A stretch of DNA of 64,000 bases, from contig JBMNLH010000001.1 of the NCBI GenBank assembly GCA_050952625.1, positions 256,001 through 320,000 on the forward strand, written 5' to 3'. The notes beneath the pieces were generated by a model. That model did no database searches. It had not been told where the DNA came from and saw only the letters and a list, made by a program, of their open reading frames with translations. Positions 31,762 to 43,058 of the stretch are shown here, one piece after another; position 1 is the stretch's first letter; every line of letters begins with the position of its first letter. Made by a program: the position numbers and the translations under genes. The DNA comes from Bacillota bacterium. GTDB lineage: Bacteria > Bacillota > Ch66 > Ch109.

Positions 31762-32346
31762 ATGCAGTTAGTGTTAGCTTCCGCTTCACCGCGGAGAGCG
31801 GAGTTGTTAAAAAAGATTGGTCTGGACTTTATAGTCCGGCCAGCAGTTACTGAGGAAATTATTAAACCAAATCTAGATCTGCTTGAACAGGTTAAAAGCT
31901 TGGCCTTGCAAAAAGCCCGGGTTGTAGCGGAAACGCTATCAACGGGTCTGGTTATTGGAGCGGATACGATAGTTGTGATGGGTCAAGAAGTGCTTGGAAA
32001 ACCGGATTCCCGCGAGATGGCCGTTCAAATGTTATCGCGTCTTAGTGGACAACAACATCAAGTGCTGACCGGGGTGGCCTTGGTCGATAGCCAAAGCGGA
32101 CAAGCGTTAAGCGAGGTCGAATCGACTTTGGTCCAGTTTCGAACCTTGACTTTAGAAGAAATCACCGCCTATGTCAAGACGGGTGAACCGCTGGATAAGG
32201 CCGGAGCTTACGGCATTCAAGAAAAAGGAGCAATCCTGGTCGAGCGAATTGAAGGCTGTTATTTCAATGTGGTTGGTTTGCCGCTGGCCCGGCTGGTCCG
32301 GATGTTAAAGGAGATGGGCGTTGAGGTTCATCAGAGTTGGCACTAA
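31762..32346 (+). CDS. maf: Maf family nucleoside triphosphate pyrophosphatase
   Basis: LASASPRR, GADT, DKAGAYGIQ. Confidence 0.96.
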   Translation: MQLVLASASPRRAELLKKIGLDFIVRPAVTEEIIKPNLDLLEQVKSLALQKARVVAETLSTGLVIGADTIVVMGQEVLGKPDSREMAVQMLSRLSGQQHQVLTGVALVDSQSGQALSEVESTLVQFRTLTLEEITAYVKTGEPLDKAGAYGIQEKGAILVERIEGCYFNVVGLPLARLVRMLKEMGVEVHQSWH

Positions 32347-32449
32347 TTACAAGCTCGGGCTTTAACTCGTAATTTTTGATGTTCTGATAGTGCTGTCAAG
32401 CAGGATAGAGGTCTACTCTAAAATACTCTCGGTCGGAGGATCCCCGTTA

Positions 32450-33151
32450 ATGCTGAAAGATACCGAATACCATTATACTATTAAGGACCTGCCGGCAGAC
32501 AGTCGACCGCGCGAACGCATAACTTTGCAGGGCGCAGCTTCGTTATCCAATACAGAACTACTAGCAATCTTGTTGCGGACCGGCACTCCGGAATACACTG
32601 CTTTGGAGTTAGCCGGCCAGATTTTGGCGCATCCCGGGGGACTACGTTACTTAGCGGAAGCCACGCCAGAGGAATTAAGGCGACACAAAGGGATTGGACT
32701 GGCTAAAGTGGCCCAAATCAAAGCTGCGCTTGAACTGGGGAAAAGATTAGTATCCCTGAGCCCGGAAGTGCGACCAGTGATTAAGTGCCCCGAAGATGTG
32801 GCTCACTTAGTTATGGAAGAGATGCGTTTCCTGGATCGAGAACACTTTCGGGCCTTGTGTTTGAATACTAAAAATCAGGTGTTAGGGGTAGAGACAATTT
32901 CGATCGGGAGTCTTAGTTCTTCTTTGGTGCATCCTCGGGAACTTTTTAAGACTGCGATTGGGAAAAGTGCGGCTAATCTGATTTTGGTGCATAACCACCC
33001 CAGTGGCGACCCAACGCCCAGCCGGGAAGATATTGAGGTAACCCGGCGATTAGTGGAGGTAGGTAAGTTAATTGGCATTGAGGTACTTGACCATGTAGTG
33101 ATCGGTGATACCCGGTTTGTCAGTTTAAAAGAGCAGGCACTGATCCCTTAA
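32450..33151 (+). CDS. radC: RadC/JAB domain protein
   Basis: RPRE, HPRE, HNHPSGDP.PS..D; ATG 32450 after GGAGG. Confidence 0.95.
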   Translation: MLKDTEYHYTIKDLPADSRPRERITLQGAASLSNTELLAILLRTGTPEYTALELAGQILAHPGGLRYLAEATPEELRRHKGIGLAKVAQIKAALELGKRLVSLSPEVRPVIKCPEDVAHLVMEEMRFLDREHFRALCLNTKNQVLGVETISIGSLSSSLVHPRELFKTAIGKSAANLILVHNHPSGDPTPSREDIEVTRRLVEVGKLIGIEVLDHVVIGDTRFVSLKEQALIP

Positions 33152-33256
33152 TCGGTAATTTGATGGTTTATATTTCTAGCACAGCGGGAGTGGCTAAGCA
33201 TTGATAGTTTTGTACCAGTTCCTATATAATTAGGCTTTAGGAAGGGGTATTATAAT

Positions 33257-34279
33257 ATGCTTTTTGCAAAAGATCTGGGTATCGATTTGGGTACTGCCAA
33301 TACTTTGGTACATCTAAAAGGGAAAGGAATTGTCGTGCGGGAGCCATCCGTGGTGGCCATTCAGCGTGATACCAAACAAGTGCTGGCAGTTGGTGAAGAA
33401 GCCAAAGAAATGATTGGCCGAACACCAGGCAATATTATTGCCATTCGTCCCATGAAAGATGGAGTTATCGCTGATTTTGATACGACACAGGCCATGTTAA
33501 GGCATTTTATCACCAAGGTTTTGAAGCGGCATAGCTTCCTGGTTCGGCCCAGGGTAATCATTAGTGTTCCTTCCGGGGTAACCGCCGTTGAAGAGCGAGC
33601 CGTTAGAGAAGCAGCTATGTCGGCCAGTGCCAAAGAGGCTTATTTAATTGAGGAGCCCATGGCGGCGGCTATTGGGGCTGGTCTGCCAGTCCATGAACCG
33701 ACGGGTAACATGATCGTCGATATTGGCGGAGGCACAACTGAGGTGGCCGTGATCTCTCTGGGGGGGATTGTTAACAGCAAGTCGATTCGGACCGCCGGTG
33801 ATGAGATGGACGATTCGATTATTCAACATTTGAAAAAATACTATAATTTACTGATCGGGGAACGAACCGCGGAGTCCATAAAAATTCAAATCGGATCAGC
33901 AATTTGGGATGGTCAGCCAGCTGATTATGAGGTGCGGGGACGGGATCTTGTCTCTGGCTTGCCGAAGACGGTTAGTGTAACCTCGGAAGAGATTCAGAAG
34001 GCTTTAGCTGATCCGGTCAATCAGATTGTGGACGGAATTAAGATTTGTCTGGAAAGGACACCGCCAGAACTGGCGGCTGACATTATGGATCGGGGGATAG
34101 TTTTGGCTGGAGGCGGCTCTTTGCTAAAAGGATTAGATAGCCTTGTTAGTGAGGAGACCGGCATGCCGGTCCATATTGCCGAGGAGGCTTTATCTGCAGT
34201 AGCCCTGGGAACCGGCAAAGTCCTTGAAAACATTGAAGTGTTAAAGCGGGTCCTTATTTCGCCCAAAAAGTTTTCCTAA
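33257..34279 (+). CDS. mreB: rod shape-determining protein MreB
   Basis: [16 protein letters not shown]. Confidence 0.97.
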   Translation: MLFAKDLGIDLGTANTLVHLKGKGIVVREPSVVAIQRDTKQVLAVGEEAKEMIGRTPGNIIAIRPMKDGVIADFDTTQAMLRHFITKVLKRHSFLVRPRVIISVPSGVTAVEERAVREAAMSASAKEAYLIEEPMAAAIGAGLPVHEPTGNMIVDIGGGTTEVAVISLGGIVNSKSIRTAGDEMDDSIIQHLKKYYNLLIGERTAESIKIQIGSAIWDGQPADYEVRGRDLVSGLPKTVSVTSEEIQKALADPVNQIVDGIKICLERTPPELAADIMDRGIVLAGGGSLLKGLDSLVSEETGMPVHIAEEALSAVALGTGKVLENIEVLKRVLISPKKFS

Positions 34280-34303
34280 AATGATTTGAGATGTTGGGGG
34301 TGG

Positions 34304-35158
34304 ATGGTCTTGCCCCGATGGTTTTCCCGCTCCATTCTGGGAACAGTTGTTGTTGTGGTAATCATAATGCTGATAATGCGGGTTACGTCTGTCGAAAGGA
34401 CCGGGCTTACAGCACTGGAAAGAGCGATTCGGGATGGATTTGCTCCAATTCAGGGTGGATTAACTATCTTTATGGATGGAGTTCGCGGGATTACGGGGTA
34501 TTTTGACGAAGTAGATCGTCTCATAGCCGATAATGATAATTTGCGGCAACAAATTAGTATGTTGCAGTGGGAGAATAACCAGTTGCTTGAAGCCAAGCAA
34601 GAGGTTGTCCGACTGCAGGGTTTGCTGGCCTTTAAGGAGGAAAACCCTCAGTATGAATTATTAAGTGCTTCCGTAATTGCGCGCAGTCCAAGTAATTGGT
34701 ACAGTAATTTAGTTTTAAATCGAGGGACCGATGATGGAGTAGCGAAAAATATGGTAGTGATTACTCCTGAAGGGCTCATTGGTCGGGTCATGACTGTTAG
34801 CCGTCATAGTGCTGAGGTTCTGCTAATCACCGACCGGGAAGGACCGGTAGGTTCTGTGGTGTTGCTTCAGGATAGTCGTATCCCTGGTATTGTTGAGGGT
34901 GTAGGCGATGGGACAGACACCCTGATTATGAAGCATATTCCTTACGACGCTCTGGTAGAGCCTGGTCAGTATGTGGTAACCTCTGGTCTGGGAGATATTT
35001 TTCCGACTGGCATTCGAATTGGACAGGTATCAATGGTTGATCGTGAGGCTGAGCCTAGTGGCTTGCAGAAATATGCCATTATCGAACCAAGCGTAGACTT
35101 TGATCGATTGGAAGAGGTATTTATAATTTTAAACGGTGCTCCAGTTGTTAGTGAATAA
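34304..35158 (+). CDS. mreC: rod shape-determining protein MreC
   Basis: TM helix, coiled coil, TSGLG.IFP.GI; synteny. Confidence 0.93.
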   Translation: MVLPRWFSRSILGTVVVVVIIMLIMRVTSVERTGLTALERAIRDGFAPIQGGLTIFMDGVRGITGYFDEVDRLIADNDNLRQQISMLQWENNQLLEAKQEVVRLQGLLAFKEENPQYELLSASVIARSPSNWYSNLVLNRGTDDGVAKNMVVITPEGLIGRVMTVSRHSAEVLLITDREGPVGSVVLLQDSRIPGIVEGVGDGTDTLIMKHIPYDALVEPGQYVVTSGLGDIFPTGIRIGQVSMVDREAEPSGLQKYAIIEPSVDFDRLEEVFIILNGAPVVSE

Positions 35159-35184
35159 CATGGTAAGATTAGGAGATTCAAATT

Positions 35185-35676
35185 GTGCGCCGATATGGAA
35201 TCATCGCCTTATTATTGTTAGGCAGTTTATTGCTTCAGTCAACGTTGATAGGCGTACTCCCACTTAAAATTAAACCAGATCTAGTCTTGATCCTGGTGAT
35301 TTTTTTTGCGTTGTTCAACGGAGTGCGGGGTGGAACAGTCTTTGGGGCGGTAGCCGGATTGTTGCAGGATTTGCTCCGGGGAAGATTAGTTGGCATGAAC
35401 TTGCTAGCTTTAGCCATTACCGGTTACCTTACCGGGTGGTTAGCTAACAAAGTCTTTAAAGAAAATATTTTTGTTCCCCTGGTGGTTGTTTTTGTGTTTA
35501 CTATATTGCACGGTTTGTTAATGGTGCTGTTTACTAAGTTTGCCGGCATTGACTTTTCCTGCTTCACTGCCTTGCGCATCGGCCTGATCGAAGCTTTGTA
35601 TAATACATTTTTAGTTCCTCTGTTTTATGGTAAATTTCTTATTTCTAGTACGCGAGGTAGCCTTAAGCCTGATTAA
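35185..35676 (+). CDS. mreD: rod shape-determining protein MreD
   Basis: 'KPDL.LI', 'GLLQD'; synteny. Confidence 0.93.
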   Translation: MRRYGIIALLLLGSLLLQSTLIGVLPLKIKPDLVLILVIFFALFNGVRGGTVFGAVAGLLQDLLRGRLVGMNLLALAITGYLTGWLANKVFKENIFVPLVVVFVFTILHGLLMVLFTKFAGIDFSCFTALRIGLIEALYNTFLVPLFYGKFLISSTRGSLKPD

Positions 35677-35679
35677 GCG

Positions 35680-35892
35680 AAACATAAAATATGAAACGAA
35701 AAATGTAAACGAGAAACACAAAATAAAAACGTGAAACGAAAAACACAAAGCGTAAAACAAAAAACGCAAAAGTGAACGCAAAACGTAAAACCCGATTATA
35801 GACCTTTACGCCTTACCCCTTACACCTCACACCTCACGTTTTACGACTTGCGTCTAACATCCAACGTCCAATGTCCAATGTCTAACATCTAG
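35680..35892. repeat. degenerate 7-nt-period repeat arrays
   Basis: aaacgNa units, then cctYacN and tccaaYg units. Confidence 0.7.
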
Positions 35893-35905
35893 ACAGGGTG
35901 GTAAT

Positions 35906-38242
35906 ATGAAAACCAAGCAAGTGGAAGATCGCCTAAGAATTTACTGGCTAATCGTCGTCGGCATCTTTGTGATCATTTTGGTGCGGTTGTTTATGCTGCA
36001 GGTCGTTGAGGCCAGTGCTTACCGCACCCAATCCGAGGAGAACCGGGTTCGGATAATTCCCATCCAAGCCCCACGTGGCGAAATATTAGACCGTAATGGA
36101 GTTGTGTTGGCTAAAAACAAACAAGTCTTTTCAGTTACCTTGGACCAAAGCGGGGGAACTATCCCCGATGCAGTGATCAATCGGCTAGCGGAAATACTAG
36201 GATTAACCTATCCAGAGATAACGCCGGCTTCAATTCAAGAACAGATTAAGCAACATCAAGGACGTCGGTACGAACCGATCTTAATTAAGCGGGACATTGA
36301 TATGACCATGATTACCCGGCTTGAAGAAGCCCGGCGTGATTTACCCGGCGTAAATATCGAAGTTGAACCAATTCGGGACTATCCCTTATCTCAGGAGAAT
36401 GGCGGCCCTTTAGCCGGTCATTTGTTGGGATTTGTCCGCGAAATCAATGCGGATGAATTAAATCAACGCAACCAGCAAGCTGAAGAGGGTGGTTATTACC
36501 AACCGGGCGACCTGATTGGCAAAGATGGTCTGGAAAAGGTTTACGAAGAATACCTTCGAGGCTTAGACGGTGCCCGTCAGGTTGAGGTTAATACCTATAA
36601 TCGGCCAATTTCCGAATTGACGACAGTATCGGCTACGCCCGGGAATAGCCTGGTCCTTACTCTGGATGCCAAATTGCAGCAGACTCTGGAAAACAGTCTG
36701 GATGAGACTTTACTGGCGATGCAACAGCAGGGGAAGGAAAAGGCTAAGGCTGGGGCGGCGGTCGTGATTGACGTTAAGACCGGGGCTATTTTAGCGATGG
36801 CCAGTCGGCCTTACCTGAACCCCAATGATTTTGTCGGTTCGATGTCCCAAGACATGGTTGATTTTTATTACCGTTCGCAACCCGCTGCGGCGATTAACCG
36901 AGCAATTGCGGGTGTGTATCCACCCGGGTCAACTTTTAAACCGATTACGGCGCTGGCCGCTTTGGAATCACAGGCCGTAAAACCGCAGCAAAGATTGATT
37001 AGCTGTGCCGGGTATTATCCGGTGAAACCATTTATTGGCTGTACCGGTGCCCACGGACCAATGAACCTTTATACGGGAATGGCAAAATCATGCAATACCT
37101 ATTTCCAAGAGGCCGGCCGGCTGGCCGGACCGGAACGGATGGTGATGGTTGGCCAGCAATTTGGTTTGGGGGGCCGGACCGGGATTGATCTGCCGGGTGA
37201 ATCCCAGGGGTTATTACCTAATCCGCAATGGAAAAGGGAGTTAAATGCCGCTATTCTAGAAAAACGGTATCAAAAACGTTTCGAGGAACTGGAACAAAAA
37301 TACGCCGACCTGCTGGCCCAAGCGCCGGATGAGAAGACGTATAACGACTTGTTAAAAAAGAAGGAACGAGAACGAAAGCAGCAGCAAGCTCTTTACGACA
37401 TTGACTATCGCTTTGCGACCTCCTGGCAACCTTATGATACCTTTAATATGTCAATTGGTCAGGGCAATAATAACTATACCCCCCTGCAGCTGGCCAATTA
37501 TGTGGCTACCCTGGCTAATGGCGGGCAGCATTATAAGCCCTATCTAGTGGACCGCATTGTCTCTCCGCAAGGGAAAACTGTTCGGCAGTTTGGACCGACT
37601 CTCTTGAATCAGGTAGCGATTTCCCCGGAGAATCTAGATGCGGTAAAAACAGCAATGGCCGCGGTTATGCAACCAGGAGGGACTGCTTGGTCGCTTTTCC
37701 GTGATTTTCCAGACACGATTCAGGTAGCCGGTAAAACTGGCACTGCTCAAACCGGGCGGCTGGGCGATGATAAAAACAAAGATTTTCACGGCGTATTTGT
37801 TGCTTTTGCCCCGGTAGATAATCCTCAGATTGCTTTTGCCGGGATAGTCGAGTACGGCGGACATGGCAGTACTTCATCCGGTTATGTTTGCCGAGCGGTA
37901 TTTCAAGAATACTTTGGCCTGAATCAGCAGCCAGAAACAGGGGTGCCGGTCAATCGAGAAGTAACTTTGCCAGAGGATCGGTCACCGGTGGAGATTGATT
38001 CTCCTGGAACTGAATCAGATAATCAATCAGCAAACGATGTAAATAGCGAATCACAAAACGAGTCGGAAAACGACCGGCCGAACGAATCAGAAGACGAATC
38101 CGACATACAGAATGAAGTCGAAAACGAGCCGGAAAAACCATCGCCCGGTTCAACTGACGACGAGACCGGTGAATCATCAAGTAACTCAGCGGACCAGGCG
38201 GACTCAAAACCACCTTCCTCTGGATCTGAAACCGGGCCGTAA
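35906..38242 (+). CDS. mrdA: penicillin-binding protein 2
   Basis: APRG, PGSTFK, SCN, GKTGTAQ; acidic C-terminal tail. Confidence 0.95.
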   Translation: MKTKQVEDRLRIYWLIVVGIFVIILVRLFMLQVVEASAYRTQSEENRVRIIPIQAPRGEILDRNGVVLAKNKQVFSVTLDQSGGTIPDAVINRLAEILGLTYPEITPASIQEQIKQHQGRRYEPILIKRDIDMTMITRLEEARRDLPGVNIEVEPIRDYPLSQENGGPLAGHLLGFVREINADELNQRNQQAEEGGYYQPGDLIGKDGLEKVYEEYLRGLDGARQVEVNTYNRPISELTTVSATPGNSLVLTLDAKLQQTLENSLDETLLAMQQQGKEKAKAGAAVVIDVKTGAILAMASRPYLNPNDFVGSMSQDMVDFYYRSQPAAAINRAIAGVYPPGSTFKPITALAALESQAVKPQQRLISCAGYYPVKPFIGCTGAHGPMNLYTGMAKSCNTYFQEAGRLAGPERMVMVGQQFGLGGRTGIDLPGESQGLLPNPQWKRELNAAILEKRYQKRFEELEQKYADLLAQAPDEKTYNDLLKKKERERKQQQALYDIDYRFATSWQPYDTFNMSIGQGNNNYTPLQLANYVATLANGGQHYKPYLVDRIVSPQGKTVRQFGPTLLNQVAISPENLDAVKTAMAAVMQPGGTAWSLFRDFPDTIQVAGKTGTAQTGRLGDDKNKDFHGVFVAFAPVDNPQIAFAGIVEYGGHGSTSSGYVCRAVFQEYFGLNQQPETGVPVNREVTLPEDRSPVEIDSPGTESDNQSANDVNSESQNESENDRPNESEDESDIQNEVENEPEKPSPGSTDDETGESSSNSADQADSKPPSSGSETGP

Positions 38243-38423
38243 TCGGGGGCGAGCCGTTGGTCCTGAGACCTGAAAATGCTGAAAAATGAAGATTGATTAA
38301 GAAATTGCGAGGAAAAAAGCCCTCGTTTTTTCTTTGGAAATGGAAGGAATTAAAGAGTAAATGTAGAATTTGTACTCACGGAACGGTGAATTGCAATTTG
38401 AATTTGGGGGTTGCTGGCAGTCC

Positions 38424-39437
38424 ATGAAGAAGGAGGACATCGTAATCAAGGGAACCAAGCAGGGTATCGTGGTTTCTCTGGATAGTTCTTCAGGATTAGA
38501 GGAACTATTAGGTGAACTGCGAATTCGTTTACAGGATTCTAAGATTAAAGATTTACACGATGGCGGACAAGTTATTCTGGATTTGGGTAGTAGGGATGTC
38601 TCACAGGTAGATTTTTCAACACTTGAATCAATAATTTCAGAAAACGGTCTATTCTTAAAACGGATAATTTCTCGTCCGGATCTACCGACTACCCAATTGG
38701 ACACCAGAAACACTGCCAAAACAAAAACTGGTTCCTCGGGAGGCAAGAATAGTAAGGCGAAGAGTGCTTCTAAAAAGGACCAGGCCAAAGGAAATTCTAG
38801 CTCGCGAAAAGGGACTTCCGTAGCGGAGGTGATTCAGATAAATAGCTCGGTTAATAAGTCGAAGCCTGAAGAGAATTTATCTGGGCCACCGCTGCAGACG
38901 CCGGCGGATAGTAATATGCCAGATCTTCTCGATCTTTCAGACTTTTCCGGGCATGCGGAATCAGCGGCAGCTATAGAACAAGACACGGCAACAACGCAGC
39001 GGGAGAAAAACGAGGGGTTGGTAAATGGCGATAACTTTTCGGTAGATAGTACGACCGAGTCTAGAGGACCTAAAGAAGAAGTAAGGGATATTTTTAGGCA
39101 GGCGATTAACCAGCCGGATACCGTCTTGGTTCAGCGATCACTGCGATCTGGCCAAAGTATTCAGTATCCCGGTAATGTTGTCGTCATGGGTGATGTTAAC
39201 CCAGGGGCTGAAGTAATTGCGAGCGGCAACATTGTGGTTATGGGGTCGTTTCGGGGAGTCGCCCATGCTGGGGCAACCGGGGATGAATCGGCGACAATTA
39301 CCGCTTTTCGACTCAGACCAACTCAGCTTAGGATTGCCGGTCATATTACCCGTCCCCCGGATGGTGAACCGGCTGGACCAGATGTTCCCGAGACCGCTCG
39401 AATTCGGGACGGGATTGTGGTCATTGAAAGATATTAA
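38424..39437 (+). CDS. minC: septum site-determining protein MinC (long linker)
   Basis: IKGTK.G N-domain; LRSGQ/GDVNPGAE/HAG C-domain. Confidence 0.9.
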   Translation: MKKEDIVIKGTKQGIVVSLDSSSGLEELLGELRIRLQDSKIKDLHDGGQVILDLGSRDVSQVDFSTLESIISENGLFLKRIISRPDLPTTQLDTRNTAKTKTGSSGGKNSKAKSASKKDQAKGNSSSRKGTSVAEVIQINSSVNKSKPEENLSGPPLQTPADSNMPDLLDLSDFSGHAESAAAIEQDTATTQREKNEGLVNGDNFSVDSTTESRGPKEEVRDIFRQAINQPDTVLVQRSLRSGQSIQYPGNVVVMGDVNPGAEVIASGNIVVMGSFRGVAHAGATGDESATITAFRLRPTQLRIAGHITRPPDGEPAGPDVPETARIRDGIVVIERY

Positions 39438-39466
39438 GTCTTAGAAAGCATTGAGGAGGAAACAGA

Positions 39467-40267
39467 ATGGGAGAAGTTGTGGTCATTACTTCTGGTAAAG
39501 GAGGAGTGGGGAAGACCACTGCAACTGCCAACATTGGGACGGCTTTAGCAATGATGGGAAAAAAAGTGGCCCTAGTTGATACAGATATCGGCTTACGCAA
39601 ACTTGATTTGGTGTTGGGGTTGGAAAATCGGATTGTTTTCCATTTGGTCGATGTTACCAGTGGAAACTGTCGACTAAAGCAAGCATTAATCCGGGACAAG
39701 CGTCTGGATGGGTTATATTTTCTACCAGCAGCCCAGACTCGCGATAAAACCGCGGTAATTCCAGAACAGATGCAGGAATTATGTCTAGAACTAAAACGCG
39801 AGTTTGATTATGTGTTAATTGATTGCCCGGCCGGCATTGAACAAGGTTTTAAAAACGCCGTCGCTGGTGCTGATCAGGCCTTAGTTGTTACCAATCCAGA
39901 AATTTCAGCGGTTCGAGACGCGGACCGAATTATTGGTCTGCTGGAATCATCTGAGATCAAAAATTCCCGTTTAATTGTCAACCGTATTCGGCCACAGATG
40001 GTCAAACGAGGGAATATGCTGGATGTAAATGACATTTTGGATAACCTAAGAATTGACCTGATTGGTATAGTGCCGGAGGATGAATCCATCCTTATCTCAA
40101 CTAATAAGGGAGAACCCGCGGTTTATAACTCCTCGTCTAAAGCAGGAGAGGCATTCCGTAATATCGCCAGGCGGTTAACCGGGGAGGAGATTCCTTTTTT
40201 GAATCTGGAAGCCAGCGAGGGCTGGGGTTGGATTAGACGGCTTTTCGGTCTTAGACACGCAAGATAA
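39467..40267 (+). CDS. minD: septum site-determining ATPase MinD
   Basis: SGKGGVGKTT, DCPAGIE, C-terminal amphipathic helix. Confidence 0.97.
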   Translation: MGEVVVITSGKGGVGKTTATANIGTALAMMGKKVALVDTDIGLRKLDLVLGLENRIVFHLVDVTSGNCRLKQALIRDKRLDGLYFLPAAQTRDKTAVIPEQMQELCLELKREFDYVLIDCPAGIEQGFKNAVAGADQALVVTNPEISAVRDADRIIGLLESSEIKNSRLIVNRIRPQMVKRGNMLDVNDILDNLRIDLIGIVPEDESILISTNKGEPAVYNSSSKAGEAFRNIARRLTGEEIPFLNLEASEGWGWIRRLFGLRHAR

Positions 40268-40303
40268 CCCTGGCTGACAGTATTCGAAAGGGGGGGAGGG
40301 TTC

Positions 40304-40603
40304 TTGCTTGAGTTTTTATTACGTTTTTTCGGAAGGGATTCAACTTCCAGCAGTAAGAATATCGCTAAGGAACGTTTGCGTTTGGTTTTAGTACATGACC
40401 GGATAAATGTATCACCTCAACTACTCGAATCCCTTAAGGAAGATCTGATTAGAGTTATCTCGCATTACATGGAGATTGATGAGAGTTCGCTGGAAGTAAG
40501 TCTAAACAACGTCGATGATAGTTCGGTCGCCTTGGTGGCCAATATTCCAGTTTTAAAAATGAAGCGAATTACCCGGGAATCCACGATGTATCAGGAAGGA
40601 TGA
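40304..40603 (+). CDS. minE: cell division topological specificity factor MinE
   Basis: AKERLRLVLVHDR, ANIP. Confidence 0.95.
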   Translation: MLEFLLRFFGRDSTSSSKNIAKERLRLVLVHDRINVSPQLLESLKEDLIRVISHYMEIDESSLEVSLNNVDDSSVALVANIPVLKMKRITRESTMYQEG

Positions 40604-40680
40604 CTACTAGACTATCGGTCATCCCTGGTCTATAATTTAAGGGAATTAAAGTGGGGATATAGTCCGGGGGTAATAAAAAA

Positions 40681-41820
40681 TTGATTAGCCGTAAATTGTT
40701 AAAGAATCTAGACGTGCCCTTTATTATTGCGGTGGTACTTGTTCTAATCATGGGTATCCTGATTTTGAGCAGTGCCACCTTAAATGTTAATACAGACCAA
40801 TGGTTTTATGTAAAAAAACAAATAGTGGGGATTACCCTAGGCCTTATTTGCTTGAGTTTTGTACTAATTTTTGATTATGGGATATTCTTGCGTTATGCCA
40901 ACTACATCTATGGCTTTAATCTGTTTTTGTTAACCGCTGTTTTGGTAACTGGAAGAACTGCCAAGGGGGCGCAGTCCTGGCTTGACTTAGGCCCTCTTGG
41001 TGGTATTCAGCCCTCCGAGCTAGCCAAGGTTATGGTAATTATAACGCTAGCCGCTTTTTTGGTAAAACGCCAGGATAATCTAGATAGTTTGCGCGGTTTA
41101 ATCCCAGTCTTTGTCCATGTGGGAATTCCGCTAGTTTTAATCATGCTGGAGCCTGATTTAGGAACCTCCTTGGTGTTTATTGCCATCACTTTTGGGATGT
41201 TGTTTATTGCTGGGGCCCGGTCCAGCCTGCTTCTGAAGATTCTGGGAAGTGGTGCGCTGGTAATAGCCCTTGCTTTAATCGCCCACTTTAAGTTTGGCTT
41301 GCCTTTGCCGCTAGAGGATTACCAACTTAAGCGATTAATTGTCTTTATCAACCCTTACCTGGACGGACGTGGGGGCCGGGGAGCTGGCTGGCATGTTATC
41401 CAGTCCCTGGTGGCGGTTGGTTCCGGCGGATTTTGGGGAAAGGGTCTATTTAATGGTACCCAAGTGCAGGGCAACTTCCTGCCTGAACACCATACTGACT
41501 TTATTTTCTCAGTGGTCGGCGAAGAATTGGGCTTTATCGGAACAACCTTCTTGCTGGCTATCTACTTTACGCTACTATACCGGGCCATACGAATCGCCTT
41601 AAAAGCTCGGGATAGCTTTGGGACCTTGATTGCGATTGGCATAGCTTCAATGTGGGGTTTCCACATTCTTGAGAATGTCGGCATGTCGATTGGGATCATG
41701 CCGATCACCGGTATTCCCCTGCCCTTTCTAAGCTACGGAGGCAGTTCGATGCTGGCGAACCTGATTTCTGTAGGTCTCCTGCTTAACATTAACCTAAGAA
41801 GGGAAAAGATTCTTTTTTAG
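40681..41820 (+). CDS. rodA: rod shape-determining protein RodA
   Basis: QPSE, EPDLGT, PEHHTDFIF, SYGGSS. Confidence 0.95.
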   Translation: MISRKLLKNLDVPFIIAVVLVLIMGILILSSATLNVNTDQWFYVKKQIVGITLGLICLSFVLIFDYGIFLRYANYIYGFNLFLLTAVLVTGRTAKGAQSWLDLGPLGGIQPSELAKVMVIITLAAFLVKRQDNLDSLRGLIPVFVHVGIPLVLIMLEPDLGTSLVFIAITFGMLFIAGARSSLLLKILGSGALVIALALIAHFKFGLPLPLEDYQLKRLIVFINPYLDGRGGRGAGWHVIQSLVAVGSGGFWGKGLFNGTQVQGNFLPEHHTDFIFSVVGEELGFIGTTFLLAIYFTLLYRAIRIALKARDSFGTLIAIGIASMWGFHILENVGMSIGIMPITGIPLPFLSYGGSSMLANLISVGLLLNINLRREKILF

Positions 41821-41903
41821 AGGTAATAATTCCCTCGTCGCTGACGTAATATTTACCAGGTATAAGCCGTCGTTGGTTTGGTGTTACGCAGCAGGAGGGT
41901 GTT

Positions 41904-42662
41904 ATGAGCTCAAAAAAAGATTATAACTTGGAAGATAATTATTTACCGCCAGTTACACCGCGAAAAACCGGTCCGCCGATGCCGCTATGGTTTTGTGGGA
42001 GTTGGTTGTGGCGGGGGTTAATCTGTCTAATTTTATTGGTGGTTATCCTAAGTGCGCAGCAAGGTGTTTTACCTGGTTCGAAAGGAATTCGGGCGGTTGT
42101 CAATTATACCTTCACCACTAATTATGATCTTACTCCCTGGTTGCAAAAATTTGCCGGGATAGCGTTTTCAGGCGATTCATTATTACCGGTCCAAGTTGGG
42201 GTTCCCTGGATAGATCCCAAAATTTCCTCTAATCAACCAGAGAATCAGTCGGACCCTTCTTCAGCCCAGTCATCGTACCGCTTTATTTATCCCGTTGCTT
42301 CTGGACGAATAGTTAGTAAGTTTAATCCGCAAGGAACTGGTGGTGACCCGGCCTATTTTAGTGGAGGTATTACCATTGAGACCGATCCAAAACAGCCGGT
42401 GCGGGCCGGCTATCCTGGTCGGGTAGTTTCTGTTACCGGGGACCAAAAATTTGGCTATACGGTTCAGTTGGACCACGGACAAGGGGTAATTTCTCTTACG
42501 ACTGGTTGTGCTGAAGTAATGGTCAAGCCCGGTGACCAATTAACCGCCGGGCAGATTATCGGACAGATGAGTTCGAATGTCACGGAACAACCGCAGCTTT
42601 ATTTTGAGGTCAGGGTTCAGGGGCGACCCGTGGATCCTTTAAGCTTTATTTTGGCGGATTAA
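41904..42662 (+). CDS. M23-fold protein lacking catalytic residues (SpoIVFA-like)
   Basis: TM helix plus LytM fold 'QLYFEVR..G.PVDP' without HxxxD/HxH; position after rodA. Confidence 0.75.
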   Translation: MSSKKDYNLEDNYLPPVTPRKTGPPMPLWFCGSWLWRGLICLILLVVILSAQQGVLPGSKGIRAVVNYTFTTNYDLTPWLQKFAGIAFSGDSLLPVQVGVPWIDPKISSNQPENQSDPSSAQSSYRFIYPVASGRIVSKFNPQGTGGDPAYFSGGITIETDPKQPVRAGYPGRVVSVTGDQKFGYTVQLDHGQGVISLTTGCAEVMVKPGDQLTAGQIIGQMSSNVTEQPQLYFEVRVQGRPVDPLSFILAD

Positions 42663-42684
42663 AGTATGTGACAGAGAAATAGTC

Positions 42685-43058
42685 TGCGCTTGTGTTATAA
42701 CTCGGTCAGCAGGCTAAACTGGGAACGAACCTCGTCGGCTTCGGGCCGGCCTCAAACTCGCCCTGCGGGCTCAGACAGGTGATGCCTGCTGATCCTCAGC
42801 CTCCTCCGTTCTCTGATGTAAGTCGCCAATCGCTGACCTCCGTTATAACACTGCGCGATGGATTTTTATATTACTTGCGCTTGTGTTATAACTCGGTCAG
42901 CAAGCTAAACTGGGAACGAACCTCGTCGGCTTCGGGCCGGCCTCAAACTCGCCCTGCGGGCTCAGACAGGTGATGCCTGCTGATCCTCAGCCTCCTCCGT
43001 TCTCTGATGTAAACCGCCAATCGCTGACCTTCGTTATAACACTGCGCGATGGATTTTT
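42685..43058 (+). repeat. tandem pair of family A MITE-like repeat (191-bp period)
   Basis: 42685-42868 and 42876-43058 differ by only a few bases. Confidence 0.95.

Noticed and set aside
42685-43058. ORF 42779-42973, or CRISPR interpretation of the tandem repeat
   Set aside because: The ORF is a by-product of the repeat; the 191-bp unit has no unique spacers.
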